A DNA stretch of 61,494 nt from Gekko japonicus. Lineage: Eukaryota. The stretch spans positions 1,017,259 through 1,078,752 of the forward strand of contig NW_015160224.1 of NCBI RefSeq assembly GCF_001447785.1, written 5' to 3'. The notes beneath the pieces are model-generated. The model worked only from the letters and a program-made list of their open reading frames with translations, was not told the origin of the DNA and made no database searches. Shown here piece after piece: positions 12,815 through 24,298 of the stretch; position 1 is the first letter of the stretch, and every line of letters starts with the position of its first letter. The position numbers were made by a program, and so were the translations under genes.

Positions 12815-13475
12815 GCCCAGGGCTGCTTGGTCTTGCAGAAGGTCGCAGGATCAATCCTGGCATCTCCAGTTAAAAACATCAGATAGGAGGTGATGTGATA
12901 TGAAAGACCTCTGCTTAAGACCCTGAAGAGCCGCTGCCAGTCTGAGTAGACCAGGGACAGCCAAACTTGCTTTTAACATAAGAGCCACATGAAATAAATG
13001 TCGAGATGTTTGAGAGCCACAAGATGTGAACAAATATTACACACACATTTTTATTGGAAAATACACACATTTGCCTTTTATTAACATTAAATGAGAGACT
13101 GCCAAAAATAAAAACAAAAGGGGTTAAAAGCAGATATTGATCATTATATTTATTTGTCGAATGATATTTATTTGTCAGAGAGAGAGAGTGCAAATAGATG
13201 GGGGAGGGAGAGAAAGAAAGATGAAAAGAAAGAATTTAAAGTTAAAGTTGCTTTCTTTCTCTGTCCCCCCCCCCAGCCAACGCAGGGAGGGGAACACAGA
13301 TCGGGGAGGCATGCCTCCCCTCCCCTTCTCCAGCCACCCTGCCAGGAGCCACACAATTTATACAAAAGAGCCACATGCGGTTCCCGAGCCACAGTTTGGC
13401 CACCCCTGGAGTAGACAGCCCTGACCTCGATGGAGTCCCAGGGGTCTGATTCAGTATTAAGGCAGCTTCATGTAT
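12815..13475 (+). mobile_element. tRNA-head SINE with CR1-like 3' end, split by a MITE
   Basis: Same family as 42645 and 58350; sequence resumes in register after 13416. Confidence 0.7.
12952..13408. mobile_element. hAT (Charlie-like) MITE
   Basis: Termini CAGGGACAGCCAAACT / AGTTTGGCCACCCCTG; perfect 8-bp TSD GAGTAGAC at 12944-12951 and 13409-13416. Confidence 0.9.
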
Positions 13476-13812
13476 GAGCCTCATAAGTCAGGTGGCTAAA
13501 TTAGTAAGTGAGGCTACATTAGTAAGCGAGCCCATCTGCGTATGAAGGAGGCTGCCCAGGTAGGGCTTGGCATTCCAGACATAAATGCGTTCCTGCCCAG
13601 CAGACTTTCTTGGGGTGGGGGACCAACATCCCACCGATCCAGCTTTTGCTCAGAATGGGTCCAAACGTGGTGCTCGCATGACACACTGGCGTCAAGGTTA
13701 CCATCTTGCATCTCGGTGAGCGCTCGTGATCTGTCACTGTGCAGCCCAGCTGTGCATTCAGCCTGGGTGAGTCTGTCCCGCTTCGCCGACCCTCTTGCTT
13801 TGTCCTCCACAG

Positions 13813-13889
13813 TGGTCCTCAGGCGTTCATGACGCAGAGTTGGGGCGGCACTTACCAGCCGTGGCAGCAGCCCGGACAGCAGGTTCCAA
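13813..13889 (+). CDS. FUBP3: FUBP3 exon
   Basis: tcctccacag|...|gtaagt; encodes GPQAFMTQSWGGTYQPWQQPGQQVP. Confidence 0.94.
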
Positions 13890-16800
13890 GTAAGTGTCTC
13901 GGGATTACAGGACGGGGGGGGAGGCAGTGGGCTGTGGAGTAGCGACCGAATTGGGACGCGGTGAAGCAGAAGTCCTTTGTTCCCTGCAGCACGTGGAATC
14001 TATTGCTGCAGGATGCCGTGGTGGCTGCCCCAAGACAAACGGGACAGCCAGCTAGTCAGAGTGTGATTGGACAGATAAATGGAGGTTGGGCCCATCGGTG
14101 GCTAGCTGCATGGGAAACTCTGTGTTCAGATGCAGCCTACCTCCGCAGCAGATGCTGGGGAGAGCTGTCGTAATCTTTGTGGCCGCCTTGCAAGATTCCA
14201 CTAACATTTGACCACTGAGTGTTAAAGAGTGCCGGAATTCAAGACTTTGTCTTCAGATTGCAGATTTGGGGAGTAGACGGTTGGGTTTCGGGACACCCCC
14301 TTGTCCCTGTAAAACTCCCTACATTTTTGTGTCTGTGCGCTCCAAGATTCCCAGTGTCCTGTTTTCACTACGTGGTGCGAGTATTATCAGACAGGATAAC
14401 CTCGCCTGAAGTGGTATAGCCCTGTGGCATGGCCCGCATGCTGCCAAATGCGTGAGAGTCTGGTCTGATTCAGATGCTGAGAGCTGGAGGTAGGGGAAGG
14501 GGCGTAGCTGAACGGCTGCAGGGGTGCCTCTGATGCGGAGGGCAGGAGAGGGGCTCCCTTCTTCCTGGGGCTACTGATATACATGGGCTCGGTCTTGAGA
14601 AGGGGACGTGTGAGCCACCACCACGTGGCTGCCTTGGAGACAGGAAGGAAATAAGGCCGCACTGAGAGGTAGGGGGGTAAAGAGGCACAAGGTGCAAGGG
14701 AGAGCAGTTTATTTGGCTTTCTAGATCCCAGCATGTTTTGTGTTAAGCTCCGTCAGGGGATCTAATAAAACAAAAGTTAAAATAGATGCAATTACGTCAA
14801 TATATGTAAACACCAGTATTATATCATTTAAGACGTATAAGTTAATTTTAAAAAATTAAGATTTATTTTTTTTAAAAATGAATTTGGGAACCATGCGGAG
14901 CATGGCGTAGGGAACCCAACATATTCTCTGTTGTGCTACAAATAACGTCTGAGCGGTTTATTGCCTGAAGCCTTTTTATATAAACTGAAAAAGATGCATT
15001 CAGGGTGGCCATTAACACAAGGGCCCTCTCAGACCAGGCTGGCAGTGTGGCATCCCTCAAGCAGAAGCTTCTCTGGCTCCTGCCTTGAAACAGACGGGTC
15101 AGTTGGGTAGAGCTCAGGATGGTTTGTAGCCAGGTGCGGTGGAGGAAATCCAAGTTCCCATTTAACCCTCCAAGGTTGGGCCGTGGCCTCTCTGTGGTGC
15201 AAACAGAGCGCAAGATGCTGGCTCCGGGGGTAATGGCTGCCCTTGCGTGGTGGTGCTCCATGGGCCATCTCAGTGACTCTTGGGCCCTGCTGGGAAGGAG
15301 GCCCCTATAGTGGCCAGACTGGAGCTGAAGCCCGAGGAGCGCTCTGGAGTGGGCAAGCGGGCACCCAGAGCTCCTCGGTATGCCGCTTCTCTGCTTCTCC
15401 TTGCTCCTCAAGACACAGTTCAGGTGTCAACGTGTAAAAGCCTTTCCTGGCATCTTTCTTCCCTGTCGCCGCTGCTTGTGTGCTGCCTTCTGCTTGCAGA
15501 GGCCCCTCTGCTCCCCTGCCCTCTAACCGCCCGGTGAGGCTTCAGGCAAGCGCCAAGGGCCACCGGGCTTCCGGCCCTTCTCTCCCTTCCTTCTGCTGCT
15601 GGCTTCTTCCGCTTACCTGCGGGGGTGGGGAGAGGAGCAGGTCTTCTTGTCTGCGCAAGTGTGGAAGTTGGGAGCCCTGCCCACAAGAGCCGAGGTCACA
15701 CGGGTCTCCCACTTCCGTAGGTGCCCCTTGCTACGCTGCTGTTGTAGCAAGTCTCGGCCGTTTGCCGGATGGGCAGGCTGCCCCCACTGACGTGTGTACC
15801 ACGAGGCAAATCCAAAATGGAGATTAGATTGGAAGGCGGTGCTTCTTTAAAAAGAACACCAGGGCGAATTCCAGCGGAGCGGTACATCTATTGATGGCTG
15901 TTAACCGTGATTGCAAAGTAGAACTTAGATTTAAAAGGAATTAGATTTAAAAAAAACACCAGGGCGAATTCCTGATGGCTGTTAACCGTGATTGCAAAGT
16001 AGAACTTCCATGCACAGGGGCAGTATATCTCTGGGTAACAGGGAGGGGGGAGGCCTTCATCTCCTGCTCGTGGCATTTCAGCAGACACCTGGCTGTGCAC
16101 TGTTGGGCAGACCCGACAGGGCTGCGAGAGACGGCTGTGCTCCAGCACAGCGGTCCTTCCAAGCTTTCCAGACCTGGAACAACCCCCCCCCCCCCGAGTT
16201 GTGGGCAGAGGCCCTGTGACATCAGAGTCATGTGACAGAAAAGGAGGCGAAGTCACGACTGGGGTCTGCCATTCAAAAAGCGCCATTTCAATTCCATACC
16301 TGAAAGTTGGGAAGGGCACAGCTATAGTTCCGATTAAACATCGAGAATATCGTTACCCTTCCAGAAAATCACGTATGGGGAAATTTCCATTTTTATAAGC
16401 ATCAGTGTAGTGAACATGGTCGCCGTGCCCTTTCTGCTGGGCCTGTCCTCCTGCGGGCAAGGAGAGGCAGGGGGTGCACATCCTTGCTCTCTGGGTCACC
16501 CAGAGCGCCGCCCCCCCNNNNNNNNNNNNNGGACCTGCTCTAGTTTGCGATGCCCTTGGCCAGACAGGGCCTCTGCTCTCCGGTGTGACTCTGTTGGGGA
16601 CTGAAGGAAGGGAGCGCCCTTCTGAGCCTCCATCAGGCCTGGCGGTGCCAGGCTTCTGCTTTCTGTGGGCTGAAGCTGGTTCAGGGAGGCTTACAGAAAG
16701 GATTAAAACACATAGGTAACAGTTAAAACAGTCAACTCACAATTCTTATGTTAGTAGCAGGATCGGGGAATCAAAACCTTCTGACACTCCACTAGCCTCA

Positions 16801-17093
16801 CTATCCCTAAATAACCTTTTTTTAACAAAAAACAAACAAAAGCTTTTCTTGGCACACTTGTGAGTGGTGCAGACGGCCTTGAGGAAATGCAACTGGCAGC
16901 CAGTGACATCAGAACGGGGCGAATTTTGGCTCAGATCTCGATTTTTGTCTCTGGCTGTCCTGATGATGGGAGGGGGGGCTGGTTTGTTCCCTGCTCCCTC
17001 GGCATCCTCTTGGCTGAACCCGGTTGGCGGTTGTGGGGCGGAGGGATGCTTGCTTCCAGTGGGGTTCACGGGTTTCTTCTCCTCCTGCTGCAG

Positions 17094-17162
17094 ATCACAA
17101 TGGCACCCAGTCAGGCCAGGTGGAGTTTACCAAAGCATGGGAGGATTATTATAAGAAACTAG
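17094..17162 (+). CDS. FUBP3: FUBP3 extra, probably alternative, 69-nt exon encoding an additional YM repeat
   Basis: ttcttctcctcctgctgcag|...|gtaaat; phase 1-1; encodes (N)HNGTQSGQVEFTKAWEDYYKKL(G). Confidence 0.85.
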   Translation: MTMAPSQARWSLPKHGRIIIRN

Positions 17163-17179
17163 GTAAATAACCTACAAAA

Positions 17180-17492
17180 CTCCTCACGGCCTAGTTCTTT
17201 TTTCCCTATTCACTCACTTTATTTTTAATCACAAACACCCCACCCCCATCAGTCTCCATTTCATACAGCTCGAGATTTTTGCTCTCCTTCAGCACTTCCG
17301 CCTTCCATTGTGTCGTGTAACCTAGGGCACTGTGTGCACGCTCTACAATTCAACAAGGGCACAAGAAAACCTGCATGAACATGGTGCTTGACCTTGCTGT
17401 TCTGCTTCCTGGGTTTGGTTATAAAATCAAGAGCCCGTTTCTAGCCCTTTTTGGCTGCAGTTATATCCTTGAAAACCCGTGAGCAGTGCATG
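17180..17492 (+). promoter_or_regulatory. Putative intronic splicing enhancer: YCAY cluster plus two UGCAUG
   Basis: 8 YCAY in 17184-17264; TGCATG at 17372-17377 and 17487-17492. Confidence 0.5.
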
Positions 17493-18799
17493 CTGGGGGC
17501 TAGGCTCCCAAGGACTGCAGATAGTTCCCTGTCCTCCCCGTGACTAGTACATTCCAAGTGAAATGTTAAAAATAGCGTCTTAACAGTGCAAGAGGAAAGC
17601 AACCTGGCTTAATTGCTTCACTGACACAAGGCCACAAGCTTGTTGTGACACTTGTGATCTTCAGAAAAGAAAAAAGCCCAAACCAATGAGTATGCGCAAA
17701 CCTGTGTGTAACGGAGCTGGATTTCCCTTGCAAGTCGTGCACACAGGAATGCAGTCGTGTGTTTGGGTTGTGCTCCCGGGCTGTTCACTTTTCTCGCCCT
17801 TCCTGCAGAACTTGTCCTTCTCCCAAGTCGTTTCAGGACCCATCCTCTTGCCGTTTTGAACGTGGAGAGAGAGGAGCAGTCTGTTCACGCCTGTAAACCC
17901 CCCCCAAGCCCCCCCTCCACATGTCCTCTTAGTTTTTAATTACTTCCCACCTCCAATAAATTAGCCAGCCCCCGGGGTGAAAACACTTTGCCTTGAGACA
18001 CATTTTTTCCAGCGTGGCCTCTCGACCTGCCCGTAGTCTGTGATTCTGCTTGGAAGAAAAGGCGTTGAAGGGGGCCTTTGTTGGCATTAGCGGGGGTGGG
18101 GTTTGCCATGCTGGCCCTGACCCCTGGCCAGGCAAGTTGCTGACTTCCAGCTTCGGTGGAGCCTTTTAAGTGCCCCCAGTGCCTCCCCCTGCCAGGCCTC
18201 CACCACCGCCCCTTCAGAAGGCTCTTCTCCTTCGTGGGTTTCCTGCTTCATGTGCCCCCCCTTTCCTTACCCCCCTTTCCTTAAATGCATGCTGCTTTCC
18301 TCGTGGTGTGCGTGCATTTTCATTTGTTTGCCATTGTTGGGGGGGGGCTTTAGAGGAGATCTTTGAAGTTCGTGCTGTTGTCTTGGGGGATGGGGAGCAT
18401 CTAGTTCTCACGGATCCCAGCTCAGGGGGAAAAGGAGGCCTCCCGTCAACTGTAACCTGAAAATCAGGAAGCAGTCCCCCCACTACCACAGCTTCCTTCT
18501 CCCCCACCCCAATCAGGAAAGATGCCTGCAGCAGTCTCAATTCAGAGATCATTGCAAATGATGTCAGATGTTCTCTAAAGAGCCCAGTCTTGGTTTCTGA
18601 GCCAGTCACTGGCATGGCTCACGTGGTTCCAATGTAACAACAGCCCTGCATTTGGCTTTTCGTAACAAGACAGAGTCTGGAGAATTGTTGGATCCCCCAT
18701 CTTCCCCTTGTGCACAGCTTGAACTCAGCCCTTGTGCTTTCTGAGCAAGCGAGTGTTCTCTCACAATCTACAGGCTGCAGCCTCTTCTCTTCCCTCCCA

Positions 18800-19255
18800 G
18801 CCAGGCTTAAACCAGCGCCCCCTCTCCCATTTGACCAAGAATTTGCCTTGGCTATTTTGCTCCTGGGTTGAATTCAAAGTGTTGGTTCTGACCTTTAAAA
18901 GCCTTCTGTGGTCTGGGCTCAGGGTATCTGAAGGCCTGCCTGCTCCCATGTAAACCTACCTGGTTACTGTTCGAATCATCTGAAGCCCTATCCCACATTG
19001 CATCAGTACCTGAAATAAGGTGGGTGATCATGCAAAGCAGGGCTTTTTCCGTGGTGGCACCTCAGTTATGGAACATGCATCCCACATTCAGCCGGTGCCA
19101 AGTCTACAGAGTCCTAGGCACAAACTGCAGAAGGTCTTTCTTTATCCAGGCTTTCTGTTCGTGTTGAAATGTGATCTTAATACGCGATTGTCTGTATTTT
19201 TTAATTGTCTATAAGCTGCCTTGAGCAGTTCTGGCGGGAGGGGCTGGATAGAAAA
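18800..19255 (+). mobile_element. L2 LINE 3' fragment
   Basis: Degenerate W..EFKVLVLTFKSL motif followed by an L2-type 3' end. Confidence 0.65.
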
Positions 19256-19496
19256 GTCTGAAGGGAAATGGCCTGTGCTGTGGAGTCCCCAGTCTGGAGA
19301 GAGGAGCACCGAAGGTCGTTTGGATTCAGGCAAAGAGAGAAGTGCAGAAGTGCTTGGATTTTTTTGAGCCACGCATGAGGGATGGGGGGGCATCGGTTGG
19401 GGCCTCTGCTCGCCTACCCTGCAGTGCTGTGGGTCATTGGGTGAGAGGCGGTGTCCCGCCCCTGATGGCCGTCGGCCCTGTGTTGTCTTTGTGCAG

Positions 19497-19568
19497 GTCA
19501 ACAGACCCAGCAGCAGAACAGCCAGCCAGATTACAGCAAGGCATGGGAGGATTATTACAAGAAACAGA
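19497..19568 (+). CDS. FUBP3: FUBP3 exon: YM repeat
   Basis: ctttgtgcag|...|gtgagt; encodes QQTQQQNSQPDYSKAWEDYYKKQ(S). Confidence 0.95.
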
Positions 19569-20304
19569 GTGAGTGGCACTGGGCTGTGCGGGGGTGGGGG
19601 GGGTGGAGCATGCAGAGACTGGGCGTCCTGGACCGTGGAGTGGCGGGCTGGTGCCTCGGAGGGGCAGGTCTCCAGTTTCTGTCCCTCCCTTTGTTTGCTC
19701 CAAAAAGGGTTCATCCAGGTTTCATAACTTCAGAATACTTGCTTCTTGCTTGCCCCTCAAGTACTTGAAATGTTTGACAGTTCCTTCTTCAGCCCCGGGG
19801 GTTGATACCAGGGCAGTGGGAGCCACGCTAAAAGGCACGAGGTACCACGGACCAGCCCTCAAGTAGGGTAGAGCAGTGGGGCACACACTGGGCCCCGTAA
19901 GTCGGAAGCTATGAGCCATCCAGCGTGGAGGGGGAGAATCACAGTGTGGGGTGGAAGCAGGCCTGACCTTCGGAGACAGGCAGCTCCATCTTGCTGCTAC
20001 CGAGGGTCTCTGTGAATCAGTCTCATTCCACAGAGCAGTTCTGGTTGCAGAATGCCCTCCCACCTACAGCGCTGGTGGAGCCGGGGTGTGTGTGTGTTCT
20101 GAAGCTCCTCTCCCCCCTTCAGCTTCTTGATATAGCGGGTCTCCTTGTGTCCCTCTGTCCGTTAGACAGCCCCTGCCTCTGTGCTGGCTTTTTCCTGGCC
20201 AAGGCTCAGCGCTGCCGGCTGAATACTTCAGCCATGGCCACGGGATGTGGAACTGCTGCCGGTCGTTGGCGTTCCGATCAGTCTACATTTGTTTGCTGCC
20301 CTTG

Positions 20305-20520
20305 TCTTTACCCCGCCTTCCTCTCCCGTGGGGGGGCCCCCAGGGGGCACTTACACCACCCTGCTCTCCTCCGTTTTGTCTTCGGAACGACCCCGTGGCT
20401 CGGGCTAGGCTGAGAAAACGTGACTGGCCCACGGTCACTCAGCCGGCTTCCATGGCACAAGTGGGGATGAAAACTTGGGTCTCCCAAGTCCTGCTCCAGC
20501 CCTCTGACCACTGCACCCCG
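20305..20520 (-). mobile_element. Old CORE/MIR-like SINE
   Basis: GGCTGAGAAAACGTGACTGGCCCACGGTCACTCAGCC CORE-like segment. Confidence 0.6.
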
Positions 20521-20786
20521 CTGTCTCTTCCGCACAGCGAAGCGTGTCCCCTGCCCCAAGCAAGCCATGCCTGAGGCCGAGTCTCCTCCCTCCCAGCCTG
20601 CCTGCTCGCAACAAGCCGCCAAGGGGGCATCCGGGGCCCACAGCCATCCCCGGAGCTCACCGGGGCTTAACCCCCCCCACTCACACGGATCGTGGCCAGG
20701 CGCTATGCCTGGGCTGGGCGTGGGCTGGCTACCGGTGTCCCGGCTTCCTCTCCTGCTGACGGTGTGCATTTCTCCTTCCCTTCCAG

Positions 20787-20914
20787 GTCACGCTGCTACT
20801 GCCGCTTCTCAAGCAAGCTCCCAGCCAGACTACACGATGGCCTGGGCAGAGTATTACAGACAGCAAGCGGCTTATTACGGGCAGACACTAGGGCAGGCTC
20901 AGGCCCACGGCCAG
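20787..20914 (+). CDS. FUBP3: FUBP3 exon: last YM repeat
   Basis: ccttcccttccag|...|gtgggt; encodes HAATAASQASSQPDYTMAWAEYYRQQAAYYGQTLGQAQAHGQ. Confidence 0.96.
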
Positions 20915-21009
20915 GTGGGTGTTCCCCTCTCAGCTTCACCCATAGTTCTGCCTGCTTTCCTGGCTGGCCCTCCTGTGCTTGGCTCAGCCTCCCAAATATC
21001 TCCTGGGAT

Positions 21010-21290
21010 GAATCACAGGATCACAGAGCTGGAAGGGGCCACAGAGGCCTCCCCCGCTCAGTGCAGGATCCGCCCGAGAGCATCCCTGGTGAGGGTTTGT
21101 CCAGCCGCTGCTTGAAGACTGCTGGGGGGGGGGGCTCACCACCTCCCTTAGGCAGCCGATCCCACCGTGGCACAACTTGAACTGTAAAAAAATGTTTTCC
21201 CTAAGATCCAGCCAGTACCTTCCCACGGGAACAGCTCCCCGCCCTCCTCTAAGGGACAGCCTTTCAGACATTTGTACTGAGGGGGTGGGG
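21010..21290 (-). mobile_element. CR1 LINE 3' fragment
   Basis: GAATCACAGGATCACAGAGCTGGAAGGG terminus; similar to the 10124 copy. Confidence 0.65.
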
Positions 21291-21699
21291 GGGAACGGCT
21301 GCCAGTTTCCAAACATTTCTTTTCCGCGTCACTTGGAAGTAGATTTAACTCACCACAGGCCAAGCAGATGTGGCTTACCCACAGTGGATTGTCTAGCTGC
21401 CAGCACAAAAATGAGGGCAATGTTTCCTTGTCCTAGCTGTGCATTTTATTTTTGAATCACCTGCCCTCACGGGAGCCCGCCCTCTGCATCGCTGCGTGAG
21501 TCCCCTTAATTGGATGCCTTCAGAAGTGACTTGTACAGACAGTCGGGACGCAGGATCCTCTGCGAGGCAACTTTGCCTTGTCTGTGTGGTAGTGATTCGC
21601 CTCTGTTGTCTCCCAGCAGCGGCTGTCTGAGACATGGGAACAGAACAGTAAATCATACAGAGATGCAGCTGGCAGCCTGTTGCAGTTGGTCCTCATGGG

Positions 21700-21907
21700 C
21701 AATGTTCCCTCTAAGCTGCGGAATCTTGTGAGCCAGAAATTCTACTTTGTGAGCTCCTGGCATTAAAGCTGTGAGCGAGCGATTGGGCTCCTGCATAAAT
21801 TAGCCTGCTCTGGAGCCATCCTTCCTGAGCAAAGACAAAAATGAGTGAGCTGGCGGCTAAATAACTGTGAGCTAGGCTCACACTAACTCAGCTTAGAGGG
21901 AACACTG
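21700..21907. mobile_element. hAT-type MITE, family A
   Basis: CAATGTTCCCTCTAAGCTG...CAGCTTAGAGGGAACACTG; TSD ctcatggg/ctcacagg. Confidence 0.85.
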
Positions 21908-22559
21908 CTCACAGGAGCCTTTTTAGTAGCCATCCTCACAGACCCCACACGACTGTATCCCGGCCTGCAGTGCTGAAATGGCGGGATTGGTAGGGCACTG
22001 TCCTTGACAGGACCGGTCTGTGTGGGGTCATCCATTCATGACGGTTGGGGTGTCACCTCTTGTCCCGTCAGTCCTCCAGTAGGACCATCTTCTGCGGGGT
22101 TCCAGGCCTGCTGAGGTCATCCTGGAGAAAACGGTGGCGGGGGGGGGGGAGCAGTGCAGACTCTCCACAGAGCCATGAGGTCTTTCAGTAGCTTAAGGCC
22201 ACTAAAGCAAAATGGGACTTCTGTGTACGCAACGGCAACATATCTCCAGGCACCAAATGCCCAGAGACACAGGATGGCTGTGTGACCACGGTTGGAAGCA
22301 AAGCAGAAGGCTAACCCTTGGGCCAGATCCAGAAAGGAGCTCTCGTTATCTAAGCACTTTCCAAATGATAAAAAGGGAAGCCCAGCCCTCATCCTCACTT
22401 GCCCCCTCCCCTTTTTTAAAAAAGCACGCCTGTGGGAAGTCACACCACTCCATGTTTCAGCGGGTGGCTGTGTTGGACTGCCGTAGAACAGCTAAGCTGA
22501 TTCCAGAAGCGGTTGGGGGGGGGTAAGCTTCCGAGAGGCAAAGCTTCCTTCGTCTCTGA

Positions 22560-22815
22560 CGTGGGAGATTGAACCTGGGGCGTTCTGCACGCCACGCATG
22601 CACTCTGCCACTGAGCCATGGCTCCTCACAGGAAGCTGCCTTCGACTGAATCAGACCCTGGGTCCATCGAAGTCAGTATCACCCACTTAGATTGGCACCG
22701 GCTCTCCCGGGTCTTTCACATCACCTCCTGCCAGATCTTTTTAACTAGAAGAGCCAGGGATCGAACCTGGGACATTCCGTATGGAAAGCAGATGCTACAC
22801 CACTGAGCTACGGAC
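22560..22815 (-). mobile_element. tRNA/CR1-tail SINE, one head fragment plus one near-full copy
   Basis: Reverse complement of the 42645/58350 family. Confidence 0.7.
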
Positions 22816-23049
22816 CCTGCCCTGTCAGCTGTCCCAAGCTGTAAGAGCGGGACCATTGCAACATAAGTCATTCAGAGCTCATTCCCCCCCCCCACCCCCC
22901 GTTCATGGGTACACAAATCAAGAAGCCCAAAGTGTACCAACTCCCTGACCTGCCTGGGGGTGCAGGTGTGCTCCCAAGCGTGTGAGTGTTCGAAATCTCC
23001 AGAAGGTGGTTGAACAGGACTTCTGTTGTTCCAAGAGCAAGATGGGAAG

Positions 23050-23245
23050 GGGAGGAGGCTCAGTGATAGAACATCTGCTTGGCATGGAAAATGCCCTGAA
23101 TTCAATCTCCGGCATCTCCGGTTTAAAAGAATCCAGTAGTGGGTGATGCAAAAGACCTCAGCCCGAGACCTTGGCAAGCCACTGCCAGTCAGAGTGGACG
23201 AGACTGACCTTGCTGGACCAGTAGACTGAATCCATTTCATGCACG
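23050..23245 (+). mobile_element. tRNA/CR1-tail SINE
   Basis: GGCTCAGTGATAGAACATCTGCTTGGCATG head; same family. Confidence 0.7.
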
Positions 23246-24289
23246 TTTAAACATTCGCAAGCAAAAGCAAAAATGAAGTAATACATTTCTAACCCTGTCT
23301 TTATGGCTCAAGATGGGTTACAAATCATATTTAAAAACATCACAATTTAAAACCAACAAAATAAAACACCAGATAACCCCACCTTTCCCCAAGTATACCT
23401 GCAGTTCATACCCCATTAAAAGCTCTGGCATAGAAGATGGCCCAGCAGCCCTTCCTGACAGTTTCGAGAGATGGAAAAGCGAGAGAGAGAGAGAGAGACG
23501 TTCCATTCGTGTTGTAAAGTTTTATTGCCAGCAACTCTGGTTGGCCTTAGTGCAGACCTTTGATTTAATTTAGCATGTGTCCAAGTTATTCCTATGGAAG
23601 GCTGGTAAATAGTTCCCTCTCAGAGATACAGAATACAAAGGTTGTCTTCTCCTGCCAAATGACACAGCGCACAGCTGCAGATGTGTGGAGTAGGGAAATC
23701 AGGAGCTTTCTCCAAAGGGCTGGTAGGCCGCTGCTGGGAGCAGGCTGTTGGCCTGGTCAGATCCAGAGGGGCTGCTTGTGTTATATCCAGGCAATGTGCT
23801 CACCGGGGGTGGGGGTGGGGTCGATCAATGACTATTAACCATGGTTAGTGAGATAGACTTCCCTTGTACTTGGGGGTTCTGGTTAGCTGGAGGGTCACAG
23901 TGAAGAGCCATTGAACCCCGTCTTCTGTGAATTTGTCTAATGGTTTTTGGAAGAATCGAAGACCCGTGCTAGGCCAGAACAAAGGGAGCTTCCCTGTCCA
24001 ACGTCCTGTTCTCGACGGTGGCCTGGCCACCCAGATAGCCCTGGAAAGCCCCCAAGCCTGGCACGAGGGCCGTAGATCCATGCTGCTGTCTGGCTTGGCA
24101 CAGGGTGTTCCGCTTCTGCACAAGGCGCTTCTCCGGGGAGCACAGGTGGGGTTGGGGCAGTTGTCTTATTGCCAAGTCCTTGGGTGCCCCCTGGTTGATC
24201 ACGGTGCAGAGGATGCGAGAGTCTGGTTTTCCATTCTAGAGTTTCGCTGAGAAATTTTAACCGGTCTTTCTGTTTCCTCTTTCTTGCAG

Positions 24290-24298
24290 GAGCAGTAG
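24290..24298 (+). CDS. FUBP3: FUBP3 terminal coding segment (EQ-stop)
   Basis: Long pyrimidine tract ttcctctttcttgcag|GAG CAG TAG, giving the recalled FUBP3 C-terminus ...QEQ*. Confidence 0.92.
   Translation, partial: EQ

Noticed and set aside
17292-17378. Acceptor-like site leading to an in-frame stop (possible poison exon)
   Set aside because: No convincing donor and no transcript evidence
20915-21115. In-frame read-through past the last YM exon donor
   Set aside because: It runs into an antisense CR1 fragment, and a canonical EQ-stop terminal exon exists at 24290
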